DNA of 45,332 nt. Source: a virus. Taxonomy: Duplodnaviria; Heunggongvirae; Uroviricota; Caudoviricetes. The translations under genes were made by a program, and so were the position numbers. Shown piece after piece: positions 15,921 through 25,422 of this stretch. The notes under the pieces were generated by a model that was not told the origin of the DNA, did not search any database, and worked only from the letters and a program-made list of their open reading frames with translations. Positions within the stretch are counted from its first letter, which is position 1. Each line of letters opens with the position of its first letter. The DNA is taken from the IMG/VR virus record IMGVR_UViG_3300005688_000042; one strand, written 5' to 3'.

Positions 15921-16445
15921 ATGACCATCGAATCTGATCTGCGCGCTGCTTTCAATCGTCACATGGACAATGCTTGCCGTCTTTACCCCGCATTCACTGC
16001 AAACCGTCATCGCGTGGTGTTTGAGATTGTGCCAAACATGGGTGGGATCGCCGGTCAAGCACGTGGCTGTTTGCATATCAAGGTGAATCTTACCCTTGCG
16101 CGTCAAAATCCTGACTACATCTGTAACAATACCATCCCCCATGAAATCGCGCATATCATCTGTGCACACTTCGGTTGGGATCGTGGCCATGGCAAGAATT
16201 GGAAACGTGTAGCGGTGTCGCTCGGTTGCACTGGTGAACGATGCTTCAATGCTGCTGAAACTGGTATGACTCCGGTTAAGCTTCGCCAGCGAAATCGCTA
16301 TGAATATGTTGCAAGTTGTGGTACAGTTGTCTGGCTGAGTGATGTGATGCACAATAAGGTGACGAATGGTCAGCAACGTATCCTCGCCAGCACCAAGGGT
16401 CGCATTTCCAAGCATCATTTCACTGGCAAGAGTAAGGTGGCATAA
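15921..16445 (+). CDS. SprT-like zinc metalloprotease
   Basis: 'IPHEIAH..C' HExxH, 'GHGKNWK', C-terminal 'YVASCG'. Confidence 0.85.
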   Translation: MTIESDLRAAFNRHMDNACRLYPAFTANRHRVVFEIVPNMGGIAGQARGCLHIKVNLTLARQNPDYICNNTIPHEIAHIICAHFGWDRGHGKNWKRVAVSLGCTGERCFNAAETGMTPVKLRQRNRYEYVASCGTVVWLSDVMHNKVTNGQQRILASTKGRISKHHFTGKSKVA

Positions 16446-16492
16446 ATAGTTGTTGCAAGCCACTATAGCATCTGCTATAGTGGCTACACACT

Positions 16493-16593
16493 GGGAGAGT
16501 GGCCAAGCGGTAAGGCAGCAGACTTTTTTAACACTTTTTCGAGAGTATTAAAAAATCTGTTCATCGTGGGTTCGAATCCCACCTCTCCCACCA
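16493..16593 (+). tRNA. tRNA-Lys(UUU)-like gene with a 26-nt hairpin inserted in the anticodon loop
   Basis: Intact acceptor (GGGAGAG/CTCTCCC), D- and T-arms, A73, CCA; stem GCAGA/TCTGT encloses 33 nt instead of 7. Confidence 0.8.
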
Positions 16594-16615
16594 TATAACA
16601 TAATAGGATACCATC

Positions 16616-16873
16616 ATGCGCAAACAAGTCTGGTATTTCAAATTCACCCCTACTATTATCGGTCCAGTCATTCACAATGTAAAATGGGCTGGGCGCATGT
16701 ATGATCCCACAAACTTGCCAGATTATGTGCGTGAAGCGCTTGGAATGGGTACGCGCGAGTCTGGTCGTCGAAGGTTGTTTCAGGGTATGGCAATCATAGA
16801 TTGTGAACGCGAATTTAATGAAAGGTTTCCGTATTATTGGCGATGGAATCGCATAGAAATCATTCCTAGTTAA
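16616..16873 (+). CDS. hypothetical protein
   Basis: 85-aa ORF, AGGA RBS. Confidence 0.6.
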   Translation: MRKQVWYFKFTPTIIGPVIHNVKWAGRMYDPTNLPDYVREALGMGTRESGRRRLFQGMAIIDCEREFNERFPYYWRWNRIEIIPS

Positions 16874-16925
16874 GCTACCATTCAGATTATGATGGTATAA
16901 TTGATCCCTCAACAAGGGGACCAAG

Positions 16926-17051
16926 ATGATGACCATCGAATGTACCGATTTTGAAGAATTCCTGAATACAATCAAAGGGTTAGTGATTCGCGGCTTGACA
17001 TTCTCCGCGAATACGAATACAATGAAGATCACACTCACTGGAGGCTACTAA
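16926..17051 (+). CDS. small hypothetical protein
   Basis: Manually read 41-aa ORF MMTIECTDFEEF... behind a box promoter and AAGGGG RBS. Confidence 0.6.
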   Translation: MMTIECTDFEEFLNTIKGLVIRGLTFSANTNTMKITLTGGY

Positions 17052-17052
17052 C

Positions 17053-17346
17053 ATGACTACCGCAATCGTTTGTGTCAAGGGCGACCCAAGTGTCGGTATT
17101 GCTGACCAGTGCTATCAGATTGCTGATCTTGATCTGGATGATGAGGATCATCGCAAACTTACTGTGAGGGCATTGCAGAATTGTTTCGCACTTATCACCG
17201 GTGAGAATCAGAAGATTATCAGGGTGAGTTTCGATGATGAGTATGCAGCAGAATATGAAGCAGAGCAAGCCACTCAGAAGGAAATCGACGCATATTGGAA
17301 GGTCGAAGGGTTGACCGATACATACGAAAACGAACAGCGCAATTAA
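17053..17346 (+). CDS. hypothetical protein
   Basis: 97-aa ORF, GGAGG RBS. Confidence 0.7.
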   Translation: MTTAIVCVKGDPSVGIADQCYQIADLDLDDEDHRKLTVRALQNCFALITGENQKIIRVSFDDEYAAEYEAEQATQKEIDAYWKVEGLTDTYENEQRN

Positions 17347-17437
17347 TCGCGCTTCTTACTACCTCTCCCGACCTCCATCCCATTTTAACACATCATTCCT
17401 GAACAATAGATGAATGGGCCATTGCTGGCCCATTCTT

Positions 17438-17713
17438 TTACACTTTGAAACTATCGTAAGAACGAATCGGGGAATTTTTCTCAGAATACTTTGATTCATA
17501 TGGGAAATCTTTTACAGTTGCGCACAATCCCTTTGCCACGTATGCGTTGATGAATCGCGATGCGTCCCCATCCTCTTCAAGGTACACTGTACCACCACGC
17601 TGGTAAGAGTAGCGGGAAATTTGACCAATAACACCAAGTTCGATCAGCTCTTTGCGCTTGACAGCAAGCCAGCCATGGCCGGGATCATTATAGAATTTGT
17701 AAGTTTTCATCAT
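17438..17713 (-). CDS. conserved hypothetical protein ('DPGHGWL' motif)
   Basis: Own TTGACT-17-TATAGT promoter and GGAGG RBS. Confidence 0.75.
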   Translation of the reverse strand: MMKTYKFYNDPGHGWLAVKRKELIELGVIGQISRYSYQRGGTVYLEEDGDASRFINAYVAKGLCATVKDFPYESKYSEKNSPIRSYDSFKV

Positions 17714-17901
17714 GTCCTCCGTTTCAGTGTGATGTAACTATACATCCAGACGTATTGACAGTCAAGTCTTTGTTTATAACTGTTCAGACAATCTTAACGA
17801 TTCTGTTACAAAAAAGGTCTTGCATCTTTTGCAACGTAGGACTATGATTGCTTCACGGTGGTGACGACCACTACCGATCTCACCCACTAGGAGTTATCAA
17901 T

Positions 17902-18555
17902 ATGAACGAAGCCCAGTTGTCTCAATTCAACATCCCCACCGAAAGTAAGTCTGCCGCAACCGCATTCCTTCGCCAGAATACCAATGTGGCGCATGAATTT
18001 GCCAAGTTCTTTGGTTTCGATGATGCGGATGATCGCATTGCCCTCCGTGCTGCCCAGATGGTCGCTGTTGCCATCTTTGAGGAAGTTGACGATGTCGCCG
18101 CTGTCATCGGTCCCAAGGTCGAACAGTATCGTACCTACATCCAGAATACTACTGCACCCGCTCCGGTCACCGTGACCACTGTCGAAGTCGCTGCGGAGCC
18201 TGCCAGTGTGGAACCCGTGATCGAAGCAACCGCGAATGATGAACCTGTCGTGGTCGAGACTGCATCTGAACCTGAAGTTGCTGCGGAGCCTGAAGTGACG
18301 GTGGAACCGGAAGCCGAACCGGTTGTGGTCGCTCCCAAGGCTTCCAGTGGTCGCCGTGGTCGTCAGGCATACGCTGCTACTGGCAAGTTGACCGCATACG
18401 AAAAGTGTGTTAACTGGTTCAATACCAATAACATCACTGGTACCAATGACCGCAGTGCTCTTGCAATTCAGATGTATCAGGCACTTGACATTCCGGTTCC
18501 GTCGTGTCTGGTCTATATCAGCAAGGCTTTCAAGGCTGGTATTCTCACAAAGTAG
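17902..18555 (+). CDS. protein with Pro/Glu/Val/Ala-rich linker and putative C-terminal DNA-binding domain
   Basis: TTGCAT-17-TATGAT promoter, 5' hairpin, AGGAG RBS; low-complexity linker then a basic helical domain. Confidence 0.75.
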   Translation: MNEAQLSQFNIPTESKSAATAFLRQNTNVAHEFAKFFGFDDADDRIALRAAQMVAVAIFEEVDDVAAVIGPKVEQYRTYIQNTTAPAPVTVTTVEVAAEPASVEPVIEATANDEPVVVETASEPEVAAEPEVTVEPEAEPVVVAPKASSGRRGRQAYAATGKLTAYEKCVNWFNTNNITGTNDRSALAIQMYQALDIPVPSCLVYISKAFKAGILTK

Positions 18556-18615
18556 TTGACACACAGGGCATGGATAGGTATTATCTTATCCATGCCCCAC
18601 TACTGAGAGATAACT

Positions 18616-18927
18616 ATGAGCTACAAACTGTTCCTTGATGATGAGCGATTCCCGCCTGAAGATGGTGAACTTTGGATCATTGTCCGCAATTATGCCGAGT
18701 TCCTCAGATGTATTACCATCTATGGATTACCATCTTTCATTTCCTTTGACCATGATCTAGGTGAAGGTAAGGATGGTTATGATTGTGCCAAGTGGCTTGT
18801 TGAAATCTGCATGGATTGTGATGTTGACATTCCAGATTTTTATGTGCATAGTCAGAACCCCATTGGTAGCGGAAATATCAATGGCTATCTGAATTGTCTC
18901 AAAAGGTTCCGAAAAGAGAACCGTTAA
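18616..18927 (+). CDS. stand-alone receiver-like domain (cyclic-phosphate-processing receiver type)
   Basis: 'KLFLDDER.P', 'ISFDHDLG...GYDCAKWL', 'VHSQNPIG'. Confidence 0.8.
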   Translation: MSYKLFLDDERFPPEDGELWIIVRNYAEFLRCITIYGLPSFISFDHDLGEGKDGYDCAKWLVEICMDCDVDIPDFYVHSQNPIGSGNINGYLNCLKRFRKENR

Positions 18928-18979
18928 GCTACGGTTCAGCTATTGTGTAGTATCATATCCTTAACAACTGGAGAACATC

Positions 18980-19189
18980 ATGGGAATGTTATTCGTAGAG
19001 TCAACATTGATGGGGCGAATAGCGTACAATGGTGGTACAATCAACGTGTATGAGAATGGTGAAGTACATGCCCGCCATGGTACATTTGGTAATTGGCGAA
19101 AATTCAATACCATTGGTGCAGCAAAGCGTTACATCACGAAATATAACAATATCGAAAAACGTCTAAACTTTCTAGGAATCCCAACATGA
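18980..19189 (+). CDS. hypothetical protein
   Basis: Box promoter, GGAG RBS. Confidence 0.65.
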   Translation: MGMLFVESTLMGRIAYNGGTINVYENGEVHARHGTFGNWRKFNTIGAAKRYITKYNNIEKRLNFLGIPT

Positions 19190-19386
19190 GCCGTTTGACC
19201 TACAGTGATATCGCAAACCTTCCGCAGAATCATCCTGATTATATCCGATTCATGAAGGAAATCAATGACTTGGATGATGCCTATGCAAGTGCATCCCAGT
19301 TTGATTCTACGGAAGAATATGATGAAGAATATGACGATGAAGGTTCGTTGGAATACTCTGATCGCTATATTGCAGGGGACCGATAA
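19186..19386 (+). CDS. acidic hypothetical protein
   Basis: ATGA overlap; acidic tail. Confidence 0.6.
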   Translation: MSRLTYSDIANLPQNHPDYIRFMKEINDLDDAYASASQFDSTEEYDEEYDDEGSLEYSDRYIAGDR

Positions 19387-19616
19387 TGCTCAAAACTTAC
19401 CTTGTCACACACAGTCATCGTTTCGGAACAGATTTGCATAAATTTGCCACCGAACGTGAAGCATTGCAAAATTGTGCCGCAAGCTATTCAGAAGGCTGTG
19501 AGATTGATGATGACCTGAAATGTATCCTTGATGCTCTTGAGATCAATTTCGAGCCTGAGCGTGACGAATATCTTGACATTGAACTTGATGATATGGTAGC
19601 CGTTTATATTCCATAG
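19386..19616 (+). CDS. hypothetical protein
   Basis: TAATG coupling. Confidence 0.6.
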   Translation: MLKTYLVTHSHRFGTDLHKFATEREALQNCAASYSEGCEIDDDLKCILDALEINFEPERDEYLDIELDDMVAVYIP

Positions 19617-19677
19617 TTGTTCAGTAACGGTTCAGCTTCACAGTGATAGAATGGTTTCAACAAATGAGGAGACAGCG

Positions 19678-19923
19678 ATGGAAATCAAGTTGAAGCGTGC
19701 ACAAATTTTGGTTGATGTTCTGCTTCCCGTTGAGGATGAACAACTCTTCAACGATATGAATCTGATGGAAGTTCTGCAAGAATGTCTTGATGGTGGTTGG
19801 TCATTGAAAACCGATCTTGTCTCAATGAATGTAATAACTGATGATGAATGTCAAACTGCATGCGATGAGCATGGTACTGATATGGAATTTTTCTTCATGG
19901 ATGATGGTGGTGAGGAAGAATAA
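19678..19923 (+). CDS. acidic hypothetical protein
   Basis: Box promoter, GAGGAG RBS; start MEIKLK. Confidence 0.7.
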   Translation: MEIKLKRAQILVDVLLPVEDEQLFNDMNLMEVLQECLDGGWSLKTDLVSMNVITDDECQTACDEHGTDMEFFFMDDGGEEE

Positions 19924-19985
19924 TTCAGCAACTGTTCAGGTAGTAAGTGGTAGAATGGTTTCAACAGATGAGGAAGCATACCGTA

Positions 19986-20059
19986 ACTTAGATTGTCAGC
20001 AAAGGGTAAGCGCGCGTGTCTGTATCGCGTATGGGTTCGATCCCCATGACAATGTAAGT
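19986..20059 (+). ncRNA. tRNA-shaped RNA element
   Basis: ATGGG-TTCGATC-CCCAT T-arm, extended closing stem ACTTA.ATTGTC/GACAAT.TAAGT, GCGCG-9 nt-CGCGT hairpin; downstream of box promoter 19924. Confidence 0.55.
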
Positions 20060-20229
20060 GCCCACGGGTAAGCGTCTAACGAGGCTCGGACGCACAAATT
20101 CAAGAACATGGTGTTACTGAGCATCCGGTCCATGGCAAGCGCGTAGGGAAATCATAACTTACGATCATCCTTGGAATCAGGGCTTTTCGGTGAAGCACAC
20201 AAAAACCGTTCAAATTCAATAACATAGCG

Positions 20230-20493
20230 GTGATTGGAGTTATAATGAGCCACGATAAAAAAGTCAAAGAACATTTGATCGCACGCATGAAACAGTGTGA
20301 ACTATACGCAAACTATTGGATGCACAGTGCAACTAATGGTACAGGATTGTACCGCACAATTTATCATGATGGTGTTAAAATGACTCCAGATGAACTTCGG
20401 CAGAATGCAATGGACACTGCATTGACTCATATCCAGAATTTTAACGAAGCGATGGATGATCTCATGGAATTGGACGATAAAGCATTCAGCTAG
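20230..20493 (+). CDS. hypothetical protein
   Basis: ORF; true start probably MSHDKK. Confidence 0.6.
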   Translation: MIGVIMSHDKKVKEHLIARMKQCELYANYWMHSATNGTGLYRTIYHDGVKMTPDELRQNAMDTALTHIQNFNEAMDDLMELDDKAFS

Positions 20494-20571
20494 CGTTCAG
20501 CTAATTATGCTATCATGTTTCACATGAATCGGCAAAGCCGATATAGTAGTCTCACACAAAGGGAGCAAACC

Positions 20572-20790
20572 ATGAACCGCAACTACAAAATCACATTTGA
20601 TGGTAAAGTTCTGATTGCAACCGAAATGGAGACTGCGAACTTCATTCTGGCTCTCACTGGTGGGGGTATCACACAAACCGCTACCATCAAGGCCATGACC
20701 GCACAGCGCAAGTTGGACGATGAAGGTCGTTTGGAACTCAAAACCAAGGCTGGCAAAACTGTCTTGTTTGAGACGATTCCAAAATCGTAA
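20572..20790 (+). CDS. hypothetical protein
   Basis: Box promoter, GGGAG RBS; start MNRNYK. Confidence 0.7.
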   Translation: MNRNYKITFDGKVLIATEMETANFILALTGGGITQTATIKAMTAQRKLDDEGRLELKTKAGKTVLFETIPKS

Positions 20791-20868
20791 TTTTATTTTC
20801 ATACACCATTGTTGTATTTTCGCAACAATGGTGTTGTATTTTCACCACACCAATGAGGATTATATTAT

Positions 20869-21345
20869 ATGGCTAACAATTATACTCAATTTAGCATTGC
20901 GGTTAAGGTTTTGAAGCCTGAACTGGTGGAAAGTGTTTCTGAATTCTTTGACCAGATTGATTATGATTTGATTGATCTGGATTCGAACGATACCAAACAG
21001 CTACCATCAAATGAATTGTTTAACAACGAAGAAATTCGTTGGATTTATGACAATATCATCAGTGATTATGGTGGTATTGATGGGTGGGAACACAATAACG
21101 GCGAGCTTTGGGTATATGCGGAAGAAGGTGCAAATCTTGAAGTTGTTACCTTCATCCTACAAAAGTTGTTGATTCTTGGCGCTATTGATGGCAATTTCCA
21201 CAATAACACTGCCATCCTAATCACATGGGCCAATACATGCTCCAAGATGCGCCCGGACGAATTCTCAGGTAGCGCATGTTTAATTACTAAGGAAGATATT
21301 CACTGGCAAGAAGATTCTTATCAGTGGGCACTGAAGTTAGTCTAA
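20869..21345 (+). CDS. hypothetical protein
   Basis: 158-aa ORF 'MANNYTQFS...ITWANTCSKMRPDEFSG'. Confidence 0.75.
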   Translation: MANNYTQFSIAVKVLKPELVESVSEFFDQIDYDLIDLDSNDTKQLPSNELFNNEEIRWIYDNIISDYGGIDGWEHNNGELWVYAEEGANLEVVTFILQKLLILGAIDGNFHNNTAILITWANTCSKMRPDEFSGSACLITKEDIHWQEDSYQWALKLV

Positions 21346-21360
21346 AATCAAATGATACAC

Positions 21361-21388
21361 AAACCCGGAGGGGTAATCCTCCGGGTTT
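21361..21388. terminator. hairpin terminator
   Basis: AAACCCGGAGG.../CCTCCGGGTTT. Confidence 0.7.
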
Positions 21389-21698
21389 GACTGTTCAACC
21401 TAACAGTATACCATAATGAACCTGAATGGTTGCTGAACAAATTGGAGTTTTCTGACCGTTTGTCAGGAATTTTCCAAGTCTACTAAGACTAGCACACTAA
21501 GATGAACGCAAACTGACTGTGGTAAAAATACAACATGACAATTTATATAATACCTGCTAAAATGGATGCGTGGTCGGGGAGATCTGTCGAACCTTATGCG
21601 ACTGTTGCGAAAAAACAACAAAAATTTCTTTATAAACCTATTGACGACGACATCCGATGGGAGTATAGTTACTCCATCGACAGCACGGAGACAAGCAA

Positions 21699-22127
21699 AT
21701 GTACTTCTCTTTCACTCCAAACGCCGAAATGATGGATCGCACCATCACGCGGGAAAAGTGGCACGCCGAACGTAGGGATCGCTTCGTAAAGCGTAAGCGT
21801 GTGAACGCCGAAAATGACCGAACCCGTTTCGACAAGTTTCGGACCGCATGCCCTTCTGTGCCGAAAATGCCCTGCCCTGTGAACGTGAAGTGGCGAAATC
21901 ATTCCGCCAAGTATGAGAATCTTCGCCTTGAATTGGTGCACAAGTTGTTCAAGGTTCGCAAAGAGCGTCGAATGGAACGCTTGGTGGCAATGATGAAGGA
22001 ACGCTTCGTTTTCGGTAAGCATGACGAGGCTTGTGCCCGCATCTTCCTTCAGTGGGTGAAGGATGGTGAAACGGAAGAACAATTGGTCGCCCACGTCGCC
22101 AAGAAGATGAAGCTATCCTCGAAATGA
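21699..22127 (+). CDS. basic hypothetical protein
   Basis: TTGACG-17-TATAGT promoter, GGAG RBS. Confidence 0.7.
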   Translation: MYFSFTPNAEMMDRTITREKWHAERRDRFVKRKRVNAENDRTRFDKFRTACPSVPKMPCPVNVKWRNHSAKYENLRLELVHKLFKVRKERRMERLVAMMKERFVFGKHDEACARIFLQWVKDGETEEQLVAHVAKKMKLSSK

Positions 22128-22131
22128 TAGC

Positions 22132-22161
22132 AGAAGCGCCCTCCGGGGGCGCTTCTTTTTT
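22132..22161 (+). terminator. intrinsic terminator
   Basis: AGAAGCGCCC-TCCG-GGGGCGCTTCT followed by a T-run. Confidence 0.9.
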
Positions 22162-22392
22162 GTCCGTCCCACTATCAGCTATCCTGAATCGCGGAACGCG
22201 ATATCCCCAACCGCCACCATATTTTATATTATAAGCTAACCTATGGGAACTACCGTTTGTCGGATAAATCCAATTGATCCCGTTACATTTTGGCGCAAAA
22301 AAGTTGTTGCAAGAATTATTGTACATAGGTATAGTTCTTCCATCGGCGGCAAGTTGCCTCCGACTAACCCAAACTTACTAGGAGATAGACAA

Positions 22393-22653
22393 ATGGCAAA
22401 GCTCGTCGCTGGTGTTCGTCAGTTGGATCGTTCCCCGCTCTTCTACACGTCGAATGGTTACAAGTTCGCAACTGCCACTCAGGCGAACAACCATCAGCGT
22501 GAACTGAACCGTGTCGCAAAGATGCGCTCCATCGTGTCGGATGTCTGTGGTGCGGTCCCCAGCAATCGTTACATCGTGAATGTGTCGGATGTCATCAACG
22601 CCATTCGTGACCCGAACAAGCTGGCCGCTCTGCTGAAGGTTGCAAACGTCTAA
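22393..22653 (+). CDS. hypothetical protein
   Basis: TTGCAA-17-TATAGT promoter, 5' hairpin, AGGAG RBS; start MAKLVA. Confidence 0.75.
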   Translation: MAKLVAGVRQLDRSPLFYTSNGYKFATATQANNHQRELNRVAKMRSIVSDVCGAVPSNRYIVNVSDVINAIRDPNKLAALLKVANV

Positions 22654-22751
22654 CAGTAAAAAGAGGGAGAGTGTAATCTTTCACACTCTCCCTCTTGACC
22701 ATGTTAGATAATAAGAGTATAGTCCTTCCATACCAACCACGGAGACAGTCC

Positions 22752-23042
22752 ATGAGCAAAGTCAAGATTCTGAGGGCGATGGAACATGTTATCGGAAAGC
22801 CAGCCTCACAATGGGGTGGTGGACCGGAGCCGATGAGCGGTAAGGAATGGAAGAAGAGGGGTGAGGAGTATGGTACCAATGCTGTCTTGGTCGTAGTGCA
22901 TGATGGTGGCGCAGCCGCTCCTTACTTCAATTATGACTACGAATGTTACAGCATGATTGACAAGATGAATGCTGCTCTGGAGAAAATCGGATATTATGCC
23001 GAACCCTGCACAAGTTGGTATACTGGCATTTACAAGATTTAA
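22752..23042 (+). CDS. hypothetical protein
   Basis: TTGACC-17-TATAGT promoter, GGAG RBS; start MSKVKI. Confidence 0.75.
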   Translation: MSKVKILRAMEHVIGKPASQWGGGPEPMSGKEWKKRGEEYGTNAVLVVVHDGGAAAPYFNYDYECYSMIDKMNAALEKIGYYAEPCTSWYTGIYKI

Positions 23043-23043
23043 C

Positions 23044-23067
23044 AAAGCGCCCTTCGGGGCGCTTTTT
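23044..23067. terminator. intrinsic terminator
   Basis: AAAGCGCCC-TTCG-GGGCGCTTTTT. Confidence 0.92.
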
Positions 23068-23352
23068 CATATCCCACTATCCCCGACCACGCACCCATTT
23101 TATCATAACTATCCTGAACAATAGCTGAATGGGGATCGCCCTGTTCGGTATATGTAACTCCGACAAGCGACCCCCATTCATTACTATACCCCTCTTATTG
23201 TGTAGACTGGGGTGGTCCTAGCTACTCGTTTCCTGAACGAATGCTGAACCATTCCTGAATACAATGTAACGAATCAATTTACAATCTGTTCATTATCTAT
23301 TCAGTTAAGAAAGCCCATAATGGCCACACACTAAAGCAACGGAGCAAACGCC

Positions 23353-24243
23353 ATGAGCAAGGTTCACCAGATTGTGACTGACAAAGTGTTGGAAATGATC
23401 AAGAATGGTGTTGCTCCTTGGAAGCGTCCTTGGAAAGTTGGCGCTGGCAAGCAGCGTAGCATTGATATGATCGGCAAGGGCACGTATTACAATGGTATCA
23501 ATCAGTTCATGCTGTCCATGACTGCAAGCATGAATGGTTGGTCGAACGTCTGGATGACGTTCAACATGATCAAAGCCCGTAACGGTACGATCAAAGAGGA
23601 TCAGCGCAAGAATGGTACTTGCGCATACTTCTACAAAATGTTGCAGCGTGAAAATCAGGTGACTGGCGATCTGGAAAACTCTCACCCGATGTTCCGATTC
23701 TTCCTCGTTTACAATCTGGATCAGGTTGACGGAATCATTGTCAAGGGCGTGAACGATGGCACCGTGAATGTTCCCGATACTTTGCCAGCACCGCAGAGCA
23801 TCGTGGACGGCTACCAGAATGCGCCTGAAATCCGTTTCGGTGGGGACCGGGCATGCTACAGCCCGACCATTGATAAGATCAGCATGCCCGCGCTGGATGC
23901 GTTTGACACGGTAGAGAATTACTACGCCACACTGTTTCATGAAATGGCGCACAGTACGGGGCACCTGACTCGCCTGAACCGCAAAGAGATCATGGACCCC
24001 ATCAAGTTTGGTTCCCATGATTATTCGCTGGAAGAATTGGTTGCAGAGCTTACCAGTGTCTACCTGTGTGATACTTGCGGGATCAGCAACAACCGCACGC
24101 TAGAGAGTGCAGCGGGCTATCTGGCACACTGGCACGCTGCATTGAAGAATGATCCTACCATGTTCGCAACCGCTGCCAGTCGTGCGCAGAAAGCCGCAAC
24201 GCATATCCTTGGCAAAGTCGAAGATGTAATCGAAGAGGATTGA
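23353..24243 (+). CDS. ardC: ArdC-family antirestriction/ssDNA-binding protein with zincin-like C-terminus
   Basis: 'PWKRPW', 'YYNGINQFML', 'WMTFN', 'FLVYNLDQVDG', 'ACYSP..D.I.MP', 'YYATLFHEMAHSTGH..RLNR', 'YSLEELVAEL'. Confidence 0.9.
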   Translation: MSKVHQIVTDKVLEMIKNGVAPWKRPWKVGAGKQRSIDMIGKGTYYNGINQFMLSMTASMNGWSNVWMTFNMIKARNGTIKEDQRKNGTCAYFYKMLQRENQVTGDLENSHPMFRFFLVYNLDQVDGIIVKGVNDGTVNVPDTLPAPQSIVDGYQNAPEIRFGGDRACYSPTIDKISMPALDAFDTVENYYATLFHEMAHSTGHLTRLNRKEIMDPIKFGSHDYSLEELVAELTSVYLCDTCGISNNRTLESAAGYLAHWHAALKNDPTMFATAASRAQKAATHILGKVEDVIEED

Positions 24244-24308
24244 TTCAGCAACCGTTCAGCATGGATAGGTGATAATACTATCCATGCTGAACATCAACGG
24301 AGAAAGTC

Positions 24309-24608
24309 ATGGACCGAAACACCGCGAAAAAGATCCTTGAAAATATCGAAATGGTAAAAGCCTTTGCACAAGGCAAGACCATCCAGATGCGCTATTTTTG
24401 CGATGGTGTGGATTTCTGGAAAGACAAACAAGACCCATTGTTCACTGGCCATCCCGAAAATTATCGCATCAAACCTGAGCCGGTGGAAGTTGAAGTGTGG
24501 TACAATGATAAGACTCACGTCATGTTTAGCGCGAAAGCGATATTTGAGTCGGATGGCTACATGCTTAGGCAAGGTTTCCGCAAGCTAAAAATGTGCGAAG
24601 CGGTCTAA
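24309..24608 (+). CDS. hypothetical protein
   Basis: Box promoter, GGAG RBS. Confidence 0.75.
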   Translation: MDRNTAKKILENIEMVKAFAQGKTIQMRYFCDGVDFWKDKQDPLFTGHPENYRIKPEPVEVEVWYNDKTHVMFSAKAIFESDGYMLRQGFRKLKMCEAV

Positions 24609-24707
24609 TCCATTCAGCAACCGTTCAGCATGGATAGGTGATAATCCACTTCATGGATTCGGCGAAGCCGTAATAGTATCCATGCTGAACCCCAACGGAG
24701 AAAAATT

Positions 24708-24911
24708 ATGACACCGATTCTGGTAGTGATCAAAAACAACGTGGTGGATTCTGCCACCGTCTGCCGTGATGCTGAAGGGCTGGAAGCATTGTTTGCAAAG
24801 GAATGCTCCGATTATGGAGTGGAAGCATGTGATGTAGATTTTGACAATGGATTCATGGAGTTGGAGGATGGTACGTCCATTTGCATGACTTGGGCAACGC
24901 AAGTGGGCTGA
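24708..24911 (+). CDS. hypothetical protein
   Basis: Box promoter, GGAG RBS. Confidence 0.7.
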   Translation: MTPILVVIKNNVVDSATVCRDAEGLEALFAKECSDYGVEACDVDFDNGFMELEDGTSICMTWATQVG

Positions 24912-25422
24912 TTTATTCAGCAATCGTTCAGCTAGCATAGCCTATACTAGCTTCACACTAAAACAACGGGAGAAAGCAAATGTCTGACGATATGGCTCTG
25001 CAAGCACTGGCCCGCATGGCGGAAGATGCTGGCGATTATGCGGAAGCCGAACGGCTTCGCGAACCCACTTACGATCATGTAAAAGAGGTTTAATCGAATG
25101 ATTAAGAAAATCAAAGCACTTATACTGGGAATGAGAGAGTTTCGCCAATCATTTACAACTCATCTCGAAGATGATTATTGGTATGAGTGTGGTCGGGAGT
25201 TTGCACATGTGGTCACTCTTAGACGATTTGAAGATTAAATGAACGAAACCTGAATGACCTCAAAAACATTCAGGTTTTTCTGTACATGCAATTAATTATA
25301 TGTTAAAATGGGTGCGCGGTCGGGAAGTACTCGATAAGTAAATAAAGATATTCAGCTTCGTTCAGCCAACATTCATCTAACTACTGTAGAATACATTCCA
25401 ATCCACTTAGGCGGAAAGCACT

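Noticed and set aside
17887-18564. 225-aa minus-strand ORF
   Set aside because: Antisense shadow of 17902-18555, which has a promoter and RBS.
23305-24018. 237-aa minus-strand ORF
   Set aside because: Antisense shadow of ardC.
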